From: Myxococcota bacterium
GTDB lineage: Bacteria > Myxococcota_A > Polyangia > Polyangiales > Houyiibacteriaceae
Reading direction: 5' to 3'
NCBI GenBank assembly: GCA_039201085.1
Contig: JBCCRV010000001.1
Location: 1-38,851, forward strand
DNA length: 38,851 nucleotides
In this document: positions 1-9,300 of the stretch, piece by piece
Layout: every line of letters starts with the position of its first letter
How positions within the stretch are numbered: the stretch's first letter is position 1
Program-made: the position numbers and the translations under genes
The notes under the pieces: model-generated
The model's input: the letters and a program-made list of their open reading frames with translations, nothing else
The model's database searches: none
What the model was told of the DNA's origin: nothing

Positions 1-2
1 CC

Positions 3-362
3 ACCGTCGACGATGCGGCCCAAAGCATGGAGACCGGCGTGCACGCGCCGCTGACTGGACGCCACACGATCGCCGATGGCCTGCGAACCCGCCTTGGTGA
101 GCGCGGCTTGGCGATTCTTCGGCGCCTGGAAGTGCCGATCATTCGCGTGCAGGAAGCGACGATCGTGCGCGCGATGCGTTTGCTTTTCGAGCGCGCCAAG
201 CTCGTTGTCGAACCCTCCGGCGCCGTACCGCTCGCGGCGCTCCTGGAGGCTCGCGAGTCAGGCCGAGGCCCGGAGGGCCAGGTGGCCCTCATCCTTTCGG
301 GCGGAAACGTGGACTTGGACACCCTCTTCACACCGCTTGAGAGCGCGACGGGCGCTGGCTAA
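3..362 (+). CDS. C-terminal fragment of a fold-type II PLP enzyme (threonine/serine dehydratase or serine racemase-like); 5' end outside the window
   Basis: The frame is open from the window edge (TVDDAAQS precedes the listed Met at 27). The tail VVEPSGAVPLAALL...VALILSGGNVDLDTL resembles the C-terminal end of threonine ammonia-lyase/serine racemase family proteins. Recognised by eye only. Confidence 0.6.
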   Translation, partial: TVDDAAQSMETGVHAPLTGRHTIADGLRTRLGERGLAILRRLEVPIIRVQEATIVRAMRLLFERAKLVVEPSGAVPLAALLEARESGRGPEGQVALILSGGNVDLDTLFTPLESATGAG

Positions 363-418
363 GCGGCGTCTGGGGGGATGGCAGCGGTTTCCACGCTCAA
401 CCTGGTACGCTCCCCTCG

Positions 419-796
419 ATGCGAGATCCCCTCGACACCCAGCAAGCCGAGCTGACGAACTTTGACAAGACCGCCGTGCGCGTATGCCTGCTTGGCGCCG
501 CGGTGATCATCGGCGTGTATTTTGGCTTCGTCGACGTCGCTTCGGGAAGCTACCGGCGAAGCCTCCGCGAGTTGCCGGAGCTCTCCGAGGTGGTTTTCTC
601 ACCGTTCTATCCGGTGAGCATGGCCATGCTCATGCTGTACCTCGCCTACTACGGCACCCGCCTTCGCAAGCTCTACGACCGCCCCAGCGCAAGCCAGGTG
701 CTCTTTCTGGGCATTCTGACGGCCGTATTGGCCAACTTTGGCTTGCTCTACGCGCTCATTAGCCCCGCAAGCCGCGCTTTTTCACCCCTGCGCTGA
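419..796 (+). CDS. Small hypothetical integral membrane protein (125 aa, about 3 hydrophobic helices)
   Basis: ATG start at 419. Hydrophobic segments VCLLGAAVIIGVYFGFV, FYPVSMAMLMLYLAYYG and VLFLGILTAVLANFGLLYALI. GC3-rich codon use. No family recognised. Confidence 0.5.
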   Translation: MRDPLDTQQAELTNFDKTAVRVCLLGAAVIIGVYFGFVDVASGSYRRSLRELPELSEVVFSPFYPVSMAMLMLYLAYYGTRLRKLYDRPSASQVLFLGILTAVLANFGLLYALISPASRAFSPLR

Positions 797-817
797 AGCG
801 AAGCCCATCGCTGGCGC

Positions 818-1489
818 TCAGCCGGCGTCGTCGAGGAAACGATCGAGCTCTTGAAGCACGGTCGGTGGGATGCCGTGACCCCCCTCAAAAGGATGCCACG
901 CCACCTGGACCTTGGCCTCCTCTAGGGCGTCCCGAAGCGCGTCGGCCCCCTGGATCGAAAGCACGGCGTCTTGGCGACCGTGGCTTTGAAACACGGGAAC
1001 GTCCGCAAGTTCCGCAAGGCGAGGCTTCCACCAGTCCTTTGCGAGGTACGTCCCCGAGAGGATCGTCAGGCTCCTCACCCGGTGATGAAGCGCGTAATCC
1101 GTAGCGAGCATGGCGCCTTGGGAAAAGCCCCCCAGGTGCACCCCAGATACGCCCGCGCGTTCACCCACCGCGTGAATGAGCGAATGCACCTGTCCACGAA
1201 GATCGGGCAGCGTTTCCGGATGCTCACCGGAGAGATCGCGCGGAATGCCCGTCATCATCGCCTGCTGAAGGGCCGCCATGTCGAGGCTCCACCAGGCTCG
1301 ACCATCGCCGTAGGCCGGTGGTAGACGTATGGGTGCAGCTGGAAAAACGTATTGACGCTCGTTTTTTAGAGCGCCAGCGAGCGGCACGAGATCCGTTCCG
1401 GGCGCTCCAAAACCATGAAAGAGGACCACCGCCGGGCCCCTATCTCCCACCCAACGCACCTCAAAATCGGCCACTCGAATCGTCTGCAT
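818..1489 (-). CDS. Phospholipase/carboxylesterase-family alpha/beta hydrolase (cytoplasmic form)
   Basis: VVLFHGFGAPG oxyanion region, nucleophile elbow GFSQGAML, and later HGRQD and GGHGIP complete a Ser-Asp-His triad. The ORF track starts at a TTG (1558). In-frame ATGs at 1510 and 1489 are more plausible, so the start is uncertain. Confidence 0.8.
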   Translation of the reverse strand: MQTIRVADFEVRWVGDRGPAVVLFHGFGAPGTDLVPLAGALKNERQYVFPAAPIRLPPAYGDGRAWWSLDMAALQQAMMTGIPRDLSGEHPETLPDLRGQVHSLIHAVGERAGVSGVHLGGFSQGAMLATDYALHHRVRSLTILSGTYLAKDWWKPRLAELADVPVFQSHGRQDAVLSIQGADALRDALEEAKVQVAWHPFEGGHGIPPTVLQELDRFLDDAG

Positions 1490-1591
1490 GCTGGCTACCT
1501 GAGGCGCCATCCAGGGCCGTGCATCCGCTACCGTGAGCAAACGCAGGAATAGGCTCAACGGACAAACCGTTACGATCTTTACCCTTGTACA

Positions 1592-1603
1592 AATTCGCGA
1601 ATT
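1592..1603. promoter_or_regulatory. Perfect 12-bp AT-rich palindrome AATTCGCGAATT, candidate operator or upstream activator site
   Basis: Read directly. The sequence is self-complementary and lies in an AT-rich island of the divergent intergenic region, about 140 bp upstream of the sigma-54 -24 element at 1739. Function is inferred only. Confidence 0.35.
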
Positions 1604-1642
1604 ACGAGGGTATCATCGTTATTTAACGCGTCTTTGGACCAT

Positions 1643-1653
1643 GCTGAGTCAGC
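1643..1653. promoter_or_regulatory. Second palindrome GCTGA-G-TCAGC in the same upstream region
   Basis: Read directly: 5+5 inverted repeat around a central base, about 90 bp upstream of the -24 element. Function unknown. Confidence 0.25.
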
Positions 1654-1738
1654 TTGGCGCACCGCGTTAGATACGATGTAGGACAAAGGGCGTCCAGATC
1701 TGCCTTGGCACGGGCCCGATCCACGTATTTCGCCAGAA

Positions 1739-1754
1739 TGGCACGAGCCTTGCT
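1739..1754 (+). promoter_or_regulatory. Sigma-54 (RpoN) -24/-12 promoter element TGGCAC-GAGCC-TTGCT
   Basis: Exact match to the TGGCAC-N5-TTGCW consensus. It sits on the + strand inside the intergenic region, about 209 nt upstream of the ATG (1963) of the first metalloprotease gene. Ten fixed bases give well under one expected chance hit in this window on both strands. Confidence 0.55.
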
Positions 1755-1880
1755 CCGGGCAGTTCGCCTCAAGCCCCGTGCACGTGGATCGACGTGCGCG
1801 CCTTGACGCCCCCCTGACCCTTGCCTACACCGCCATGCTCGGCGTTGTCGAAAAAACCGCTCGATTTTGACTACGGAAAA

Positions 1881-1950
1881 CACTTTTGAAGAAAGGTCGC
1901 CATCCAGCGGACCTTTCACATTTGAAAAGAGGACGTCCACCGCGTCCTCG
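1881..1950 (+). repeat. Tandem duplicated stem-loop module in the 5' leader (period about 36 nt)
   Basis: Unit A is CACTTTTGAAGAAAGGTCGCC with stem GAAAGGTC (1891-1898) / GACCTTTC (1910-1917). Unit B is CACATTTGAAAAGAGGACGTCC with stem GAGGACG (1929-1935) / CGTCCTC (1943-1949). The head sequences match at about 16 of 21 positions. The stem sequences differ but each stays self-complementary. The 3' arm of stem B abuts the GGAGG Shine-Dalgarno at 1950-1954. Confidence 0.45.
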
Positions 1951-1962
1951 GAGGCCCTCCGA

Positions 1963-4900
1963 ATGAAGCGTTCCCTTAGGTTGCTCACCCTGACCGCCCT
2001 CACCGCGGTCATCGCTGCCGGTTGCTCCCAGCCACCGACCATCAACCGCGTTGGTGTCAACGTCGTCGATAAGAGCCTGTTCACGGGCTCCTGGTACTAC
2101 TCGACCACGGTTATCGACGTGGACTACACGGCGTCGGGCTTCGGCACCTACCCCGGCGACTCGGCCTACGATTTCGCGACCGACGACATCACGTCGATGC
2201 CGCGAATTCGCTGGGTTATCGATGAAGATACGCTCTTCGCGTACCGCGATTATGAGATGTACGAGGGTGCGAACATCGACCGCGAAGGCAACACGGTGGA
2301 ACCCGGGCAAGAGATTCACTCGCCTGTGGCCGCTTTCGCAGTTGAGTCGCATTTCGACATCCAGCGCGACTACAACGTCGCGACGGGCGAAGAGAACAAC
2401 GTCCTCGTCGAGAACACGGAAGACCGCTTCTGGTACGAGCGCCAGTTCATGCGAGTCGACTGGTCGGCGAACCTGCTTCCCGCGTACTACGGCCAGATCC
2501 GCAACATCTACGAGGTCATCGGCCTCTACAACCGCGAGCCGGCTTCGCTCTTCGTTCAGGGCACGTCCGATTTCCCCGCGAGCTGGCGCCCCTCCTTCGA
2601 CTTCATGTCCTGCACGTCGGCAGACGACACCGAGTGTGCCGCTGAAGACCGCGACATGGCCGAGGACTACGACCAGGGCGAGTTCTACCACTTCAGCTTC
2701 GTCACCCAGGACATCCTCTCCCCCGGCATGGTCTTCGACCCCTTCGCCGGCCGCATGCTGAACTGGTGCCAATCGATCTTCGCCGACTCCCCCGACTGCG
2801 TCTCGGTGGCGGTTTACGTTCGCAACTCGTTCCTCAAGGTGAGCGACAGCCGCCAGTACATCGCGGAGAACTGGCCCGACTCACGCTTCGACCGCCACGG
2901 CTACTTCCGCCTCGAGCGACGCACCTTTGACCGCGCTTCGTCGTCCGACGCCAGCGACACGCAGCAGGGCTTCACGGACTTCCGCAACTACAGCGTCAAC
3001 CGCCACAACATCTGGCGCGATTGGACCGACGAAGCCGGTAACGTGCTTCCCTTCACGGAGCGTCGCACGCGCCCGCTCGTCTACTACACTTCGACGGAGC
3101 TTCCCGCCCACCTCGTGCGCCCGAGCTACGATCTCTCCGGAGCCTGGAGCCAGGTCTTCATGCGCCTCGTCCGGAACCTGCGCGGCCAGCAGGACATGGT
3201 CATTCCGCGGCAGAACTGCCAGACGGAAGACCCCGAAGCGTACTGCTACTGCACCGCAAACCCGGAGACCGGCGAGGTTATGAACCCCACATGCGCCGGA
3301 CACTGGGACCCCTTCGTACGCCCCGAGGAGTACCTCGCGCGCGGCGCCACCAACCCCTACGACTGCTGGGTTGACGTTCCCGAAGGTGCGGACCTGAGCA
3401 TCGAACAGCTCAACAACCCCGCCCTTAGCGACGAAGACTTCTACGGCTGGTTCGGTGCCTCCTTCCAGGGCTCCGAGTGCATGGTCGACCTTCGAATCAA
3501 CACTTGCAACCGCGCATCGGTCGCGGCCAACGAGGGCACGTCGGAAGGTCTTGAATGCCAAAACCGTGGCGACATGCGCTACCAGCTGCTCAGCTACGTG
3601 GACCAGCCCGGCACGCCGTTTCTCGGTGTAGCCACCCTTCGCGGCGACCCCGTTACCGGTGAGATTCGCGCGGGCGACGCCAACATCGGCGGTCCCGCTC
3701 TGGACGGCTACCGCACCCGTGCCCTTCAGGAGTATGATCTCATCAACGAGGGCATCACGGACCGCAACTTCCTCATCGGTGAAGACGTTCGCGACTACCT
3801 CTCCAACGTTGACCGCATTCAGCCGCCAAACCTGCCGGTTGAGCCCTTCATCGCGGCGAGCGTCGGCGTGGAGAACGCCACGCCAGCGATTGGTCGCACG
3901 GCCATCGCCAACCGCATGGCAGCGTTCGAGGGCCGCGCCCGCGCCCTTCAGGGACCGGAAGGCCGCACCGCGGTGCTTCAGGACCGCATGCTCCGCGCCG
4001 CGGGCACTGACCTCGAGGCGCGCCTCATGGGCGGCATGGAGATGCTCGCGATGTCCGGTGCCGAGTCGATGCCCGCCGGCTACGGCCCAGGTTCGACGCT
4101 CCCCGATGAGATGATGGAGCAGCTCTCGCCCTTCCGCACCAACGCGGCCGAGCGCCTCGCGTACCAGCGCGACCTGGAGACGCGTGTGTCGACGGCGAAC
4201 ATGATGATGCCCAACGAGTTCGTGGATGCGTCCGTGTCCGAGTTCGTGCGTCGCCACGCCGGTTGGCCCCGTGCTCGCCTTGAAATCACGCTCAACCAGC
4301 TTCTGTACTACCAGACGCAGCTTCACGAGCTTGGTCACTGCCTTGGCCTCCGTCACGACTTCGGCGCCTCCGCCGACATCGGCAACTACGACGATGACTA
4401 CTACATCATCAACAACACGTTCCCGAACCCCATCGCCGACGATTTCGATACGGACGGCACGCCCGGCCTGAGCCTCGAAGAGCAGACGGCCTTCGAGACC
4501 GAGTACCGTCGCGTCAAGGATCTTCGCGAGCTCGCCGGCATCGACCGCTGGATGAACTCCTCCATCATGGAGTACACCGCACAGTGGTACGAGCGTACGG
4601 CCACCACGCGCGGCGCCGGTCGTTACGACCATTCCGCCATCAACGCCGCCTACGCGGACCTCACGGAGATTTACGACAACTCCGCCGGTCTCTCGCTTGC
4701 GGAGATCAATCCGATCAACACGCCACGTCAGTGGGTCACCTTCTACAACGGCGGTGACAGCTGCGAAGTGGACACGGACTGCCCCTACGCGGCGGGCGGG
4801 CCAAACGGCGCGCTCCTCCAGCAGGGGAACCTCGACGCCGGGCTGACGCAGCGCTGCGTGCAGCACCCGAACGGCGGCGGCCGCGGCAACATCTGCTCAA

Positions 4901-6300
4901 ACTTCAACAGCGATTTTGACCAGCTGCTCGAGTCGTCGACCCGCTACGTGCCGGTCAACTACAACTTCTGCACCGACGACCTCGCGGACATTCGCCCCGA
5001 CTGTCACCGCTTCGATGAGGGTGACAGCTACCGTGAGATCGTTCGCAACCTCTCCGAGCAGTACGACCGTCAGTATATCTTCACGAACTTCCGGCGCTAC
5101 CGGTCCGGCTTCTCCTTCGGCGGTTACCTCTTCAGCCGTTTGATGGGCCGTCAGTGGAACATCCTCCAGTCCATGTACGCCGGTCTCGTGTTCGACTACC
5201 TGAACGACGACGATTACCGCAACACGTCGGGTAACTACCAGTTCGACGACCACTTCCTCGCGGCCGCCGACACGGTGAACTTCTACGCGCGCCTCGTGAC
5301 CCAGCCGGCGCTTGACTCGTACAACTACGATGAGGGCTGGCAGCGCTACGAGCGCACCTTCACGGACGATCCGACGATTCCGGGCGCGGACCTTGCTCTG
5401 CCGCTAGGCATGGCGCGCTACTCGAGCTCTGAGTTCCAGCGTGGTCTCACCGGCCTCGAGCGCCTCGAGCGCATCGGTACGTTCTTCGAGAAGCGTTCGG
5501 CGATGGAGATGCTTACGGGCCGCGGTTTCGTGCCCTCCTACGGCCGCGATGCGCTGCCCTTCTGGGTCAACTTCTACGACCTCTTCCCCGAAGAGATTCA
5601 GCAGATTTTCCAGGGCATGATGCTCGACCAGCCCGAGGTCATCGCGCCTCGCGTTCGCTGCTCGAACAACGGCATCGAGTGTGAGGATCCCGAACTCATC
5701 TACCTCGACTTCTACACGGGCGACCCGGACAACCCACGTCCTCCAACCGAGCAGCGCTACGCGGGCCTCGAGCATGTCGATACGGGCGCTGGCTTCCAGC
5801 TTCAGGCTTACGCACTCATCTTCGGTCTGCGCGACCTTCCGACCTTCTTCGACACCACCTTCGACCGTCAGGTCTTCGTATGTGTCGTCGGCGAGGGCGA
5901 TTGTCCCGACCGGGTCGAGGGCCAGGTCGAGGGCGTCGACTACATCGAGTACGCATCCGAGGACTTCGGAAAGACCTTCCGCGCTTGGCAGGTCAACCCG
6001 CGTGCGGACATTCCTTCGCAGCGTTCCATCTCCTTCGAGTACCTCCGCGAAGCCAAGGACTTGGCCACGACCCTTCGGGCCCTTCAGACCTACCGCGGCG
6101 ACTTCGGCGGCTCGCCCTTCACCCAGGGCAACCTCTCCACGGAGCAGCGCACTTTCCTCGATTCGATTGGCTACACGCTGCCGTCCGACCCGGAGACGTT
6201 CATCGAGGAGCTGAACCGAGTTGACCAACGCATCGGACAGATCGAGTCCTTCACCTTCTACACGCAGCAGTGGATCCGACTGCTGGGGATCGCGGGTTAG
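1963..6300 (+). CDS. Giant secreted lipoprotein, metzincin-type zinc metalloprotease (paralog 1, about 1445 aa)
   Basis: ATG at 1963 is preceded by GGAGG (1950-1954). Signal peptide and lipobox MKRSLRLLTLTALTAVIAAGC|S. Zinc site HELGHCLGLRH (4324-4356) plus Met-turn SSIMEY (Met codon 4567-4569). Collinear similarity to the next gene. The TTG at 1867 in the ORF track is rejected as the start. Confidence 0.9.
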   Translation: MKRSLRLLTLTALTAVIAAGCSQPPTINRVGVNVVDKSLFTGSWYYSTTVIDVDYTASGFGTYPGDSAYDFATDDITSMPRIRWVIDEDTLFAYRDYEMYEGANIDREGNTVEPGQEIHSPVAAFAVESHFDIQRDYNVATGEENNVLVENTEDRFWYERQFMRVDWSANLLPAYYGQIRNIYEVIGLYNREPASLFVQGTSDFPASWRPSFDFMSCTSADDTECAAEDRDMAEDYDQGEFYHFSFVTQDILSPGMVFDPFAGRMLNWCQSIFADSPDCVSVAVYVRNSFLKVSDSRQYIAENWPDSRFDRHGYFRLERRTFDRASSSDASDTQQGFTDFRNYSVNRHNIWRDWTDEAGNVLPFTERRTRPLVYYTSTELPAHLVRPSYDLSGAWSQVFMRLVRNLRGQQDMVIPRQNCQTEDPEAYCYCTANPETGEVMNPTCAGHWDPFVRPEEYLARGATNPYDCWVDVPEGADLSIEQLNNPALSDEDFYGWFGASFQGSECMVDLRINTCNRASVAANEGTSEGLECQNRGDMRYQLLSYVDQPGTPFLGVATLRGDPVTGEIRAGDANIGGPALDGYRTRALQEYDLINEGITDRNFLIGEDVRDYLSNVDRIQPPNLPVEPFIAASVGVENATPAIGRTAIANRMAAFEGRARALQGPEGRTAVLQDRMLRAAGTDLEARLMGGMEMLAMSGAESMPAGYGPGSTLPDEMMEQLSPFRTNAAERLAYQRDLETRVSTANMMMPNEFVDASVSEFVRRHAGWPRARLEITLNQLLYYQTQLHELGHCLGLRHDFGASADIGNYDDDYYIINNTFPNPIADDFDTDGTPGLSLEEQTAFETEYRRVKDLRELAGIDRWMNSSIMEYTAQWYERTATTRGAGRYDHSAINAAYADLTEIYDNSAGLSLAEINPINTPRQWVTFYNGGDSCEVDTDCPYAAGGPNGALLQQGNLDAGLTQRCVQHPNGGGRGNICSNFNSDFDQLLESSTRYVPVNYNFCTDDLADIRPDCHRFDEGDSYREIVRNLSEQYDRQYIFTNFRRYRSGFSFGGYLFSRLMGRQWNILQSMYAGLVFDYLNDDDYRNTSGNYQFDDHFLAAADTVNFYARLVTQPALDSYNYDEGWQRYERTFTDDPTIPGADLALPLGMARYSSSEFQRGLTGLERLERIGTFFEKRSAMEMLTGRGFVPSYGRDALPFWVNFYDLFPEEIQQIFQGMMLDQPEVIAPRVRCSNNGIECEDPELIYLDFYTGDPDNPRPPTEQRYAGLEHVDTGAGFQLQAYALIFGLRDLPTFFDTTFDRQVFVCVVGEGDCPDRVEGQVEGVDYIEYASEDFGKTFRAWQVNPRADIPSQRSISFEYLREAKDLATTLRALQTYRGDFGGSPFTQGNLSTEQRTFLDSIGYTLPSDPETFIEELNRVDQRIGQIESFTFYTQQWIRLLGIAG

Positions 6301-6311
6301 GGGAGGCTTAG

Positions 6312-9300
6312 ATGTCTACGAATCATCGCTTTTCATTCAACACCACCACGAACGTTCACACCATGCGCACTCGCTTACCCGTCATCTTCCTAGCCCTTGC
6401 CGCTCTTGCGGTGGGCTGCACCTCCGGTCAGGAGTCGGTCACCCGCACCCAGACCAACCTCGTTCCGAAGGACATCTTCACGGGCGAATGGTGGGTCAAC
6501 CAGACGGTCGTCGAGGCCAACGCGGACGACTCCTTCATGGGTCCGTACACGTTCTTCTCCGGTGGCGCGGGCTGGACCGACTACGCCCTCGACGGTGGTC
6601 AGTCGGGCGCCCTTAGCCGCATCCGCTGGGTCATCGACGAGGACTTCCTCTTCGCCTACCGAGCGTACGAGATCATCGACGGCGGTAACGACGACGGGAA
6701 CAACCCGAACTTCCGCGGCCAGCCGCTCGCTGCCTACATGATCGAGGCGCACGTGGATGTTCGCAGTCAGTACAACGGCCTTACCGGCGAAGAACTCAAC
6801 GTGGTGGTTGAGAACACGTCGGACCGCCGTTGGTACGAGCGTGATTTCATTCGCGTCGACTGGTCGATGAACCATGTGAACTCCTTCAACTTCCTGATCA
6901 ACGACGTGACGATGGGCGGCGGGTATCAGATGGAGTCGATGCCCTTCGACGTGCAGACCCGCGAGTCGAACCCCGATTTCAGCGCGGCCTTCGCGCCCCA
7001 GTTCGTGTCCGTCGGCAACGATCCCGACTACCGTTTCCGCGACGAGTGGCCGGAAGGCACCGAAGACACGATTCACTACATGAGCTTCACGAGCGTCACG
7101 CTCTTCTCGCCCGGAGGCAGCTGCTTCCTCATCGGTGGCGGTCCTTGCAACACGTTCTCCGTGCCGATGCGCACGGCGTTCCTTCGCGTTCCTCCCGGGC
7201 ACCGCTTCGCGTCGCAGCGCCAGTCGCACGACCAGTTCGACCGCTTCGGTCTCTTTCGCGCCCACCAGCGCAGCTACATTCGTGGTGGCGTGTCCGAGAT
7301 CGCTTGCACCCGCGACGCAGACTGTGGTTCGAACGGCTACTGTCGCCCGGCCTCCGCCGACGACAACATCCGCTACTGCAGCGGCCTTGCCTCCGACTTC
7401 GGTGAGACGGACGCTCTCAACTTCCTTCGTCCGACGCACAACATCTTTCGCGCCGGTCTGACGGACCAGGCTTGCCTCATCGATTCGCACTGCGGGACGG
7501 CGGGCTCGGTCTGTGATAGCGCCTCGCGGCTTTGCACCATTCCGATGCAGGACCGGGAAATTCGCCCGATGGCCTACCACCTGAACGAGGGCTACCCGGG
7601 CTACCTGGTCAACGCCGCCTACGAAGTGATGGGCAACTGGAACGAGGTCTTCATGCGCGGCTGGCGTGCGGTGCGGAACCTCACGGTTCCGGACTACTCG
7701 GTGGGCACGATCGCGTGTCAGAACGAAGACCCAACCTCCTACTGCTTCTGCGGTTCGGCGGACGATCTCGGCGGCTCCTGCCAGACCGAATACAACCCCT
7801 TTGTGACGCCTGACGAGTGGCGCGCTCAGGGCGTCGCCGACCCCTACGACTGCTACATCGCGAACGACAGCTTCACGGAGCCCTCGAACCCGACGAGCTT
7901 CGACCAGTACCACCCCGAGGGTGACTACGCGGCGGTGTACCGCTACGAGTTCATCGGCAGCGAGTGCATCTTCATGCTCGAGTCGAACAGCTGTGACCTG
8001 GCGCGTTCCTCCGCCGGCGAGCGCTGCGAAGACATCGTCGACGAAAACGGCGCGCCCATCACCTGGGAGCAGCACGGCGACCTTCGCTACCAGTTCTTCA
8101 ACTACATCCACGAGGCCGGCGTCCCCTTCGGCGGGCTTTCGGAGGTTCGCGGCGACGCGGTGACCGGTGAGCTGCTGGCTTCCGACGCCAACGTCAACTC
8201 CGGTGCACTCGACGGCCAGCGCACCCGCGCCATCGAGTGGTTCCCCGTTCTTCGCTGCCGCAACGCGGACCTTGGCTGCGCTCCCGGCGAGGAAAACGCG
8301 GACGTCCAGTACATCGAAGGTGAGAACGTTCGCCAGTACTTCGAAAACGTGGACCGCGTTGAAATCCCCGTCGCCATTGCCGGTTCCGGTGAGAGCGGCA
8401 TCCCGGAAACGGGCGGTCGCGTGTCGCCCTCGGGCGCATCCCGGCTGGGTGGCCTTCCGGCCTCCGACGCAATGCGGGTCGGCATGCTCGACCAGATTCT
8501 CGAGCGTCAGCCCATCCTGGACAGCATCTCCGGTGAAGACGCGCACTTCAACGTCTTCTCGTCACGCCTCCAGAACCTGGGTGAAACCGAGTTCGAGTCG
8601 AACCTGCTTAGTGCAGCGGAGACCGAGATTCGCGCCGGCCTCTACCACAACAACCCGCTCCGCAACACCGTTGCGATTGCGGAGTCGGCTTCGCTGCTTG
8701 ACGACTCCGTCGCGGACCAGACCTCGCCCTTCCGCAACCTTGGCGGCTTCATTGAGCAGGCGACGGACATCCAGCAGATGGAAGCGACGCTCTCCGCGCG
8801 AGGCGCCGATTTCTTCGAGCTCATGGATGGCAGAGACTTCCAGCGCAACCGCTACTGGGAGTACTGGGCGGAGGCTTTCCGCGGTCGCTCCGTGGAGGAA
8901 GCCGCCATTCGTATGGCCCAGCTCTACCTCCGTGCCGTCCAGCATCATGAGGTGGGCCACTCGGTCGGTCTTCGACACAACTTCGCCGGTAGCACCGACC
9001 GCAACAACTTTGGCGACGGCTACTTCCGCATCACCCTCAACCAGGACGGTTCGCCCGGTGCGGTGCTGCCGAACCTCGGTGACTACGATGCGCCGGCCCT
9101 TGGCGGTGACGGCGACCTCTTCGTAGGCGGCTCCGAGACATTCCGCTACCAGCAGGATCTCGACGAAGTTCGTGAGGTTCGTGCTGAGCGCGGCGCCCAC
9201 AACTACATGACGTCGTCCATCATGGACTACAACGGCGACATGTCGGACAGCTACGGTCTTGGTCGATACGACCAGGCGGCCGTGCTTTGGAGCCACTTTG

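Noticed and set aside
1611-1626. AT-rich TATCATCGTTATTTAA tract that loosely resembles an IHF site between the palindrome and the sigma-54 element
   Set aside because: It does not fit WATCAA-N4-TTR without shifting the spacing, so I cannot support an IHF-site call from sequence alone.
1706-1720. Second TGGCAC hexamer (TGGCAC-GGGCC-CGAT) 33 nt upstream of the consensus sigma-54 element
   Set aside because: The -12 region lacks the TTGC/GC dinucleotide at the required spacing, so it is probably not a functional promoter.
1835-1870. Possible 11-codon upstream ORF (MLGVVEKTARF) in the protease leader
   Set aside because: No Shine-Dalgarno precedes it, and it is short enough to arise by chance. 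It is kept only as a note for anyone testing leader function.
1867-1962. N-terminal 32-aa extension of metalloprotease 1 starting at the TTG at 1867
   Set aside because: The lipoprotein signal peptide begins at the ATG at 1963, which has a GGAGG SD 8 nt upstream. The extension has no signal-like features and coincides with the hairpin-rich leader.
1623-2084. 153-aa minus-strand ORF spanning the intergenic region and the 5' end of metalloprotease gene 1
   Set aside because: It overlaps the sigma-54 element, the leader and the signal-peptide coding region. Its composition is typical of shadow ORFs and it has no SD or motifs.
2881-4866. 661-aa ORF antisense to metalloprotease gene 1. Similar long shadow ORFs occur at 1825-2772, 6390-8546, 8562-9368, 9564-10403 and 10404-11279.
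   Set aside because: The products are Arg/Ala/Gly/Val-rich with no motifs. They lie entirely opposite strongly supported genes. Open antisense and out-of-frame reading frames are expected in high-GC DNA with GC3-biased codons.
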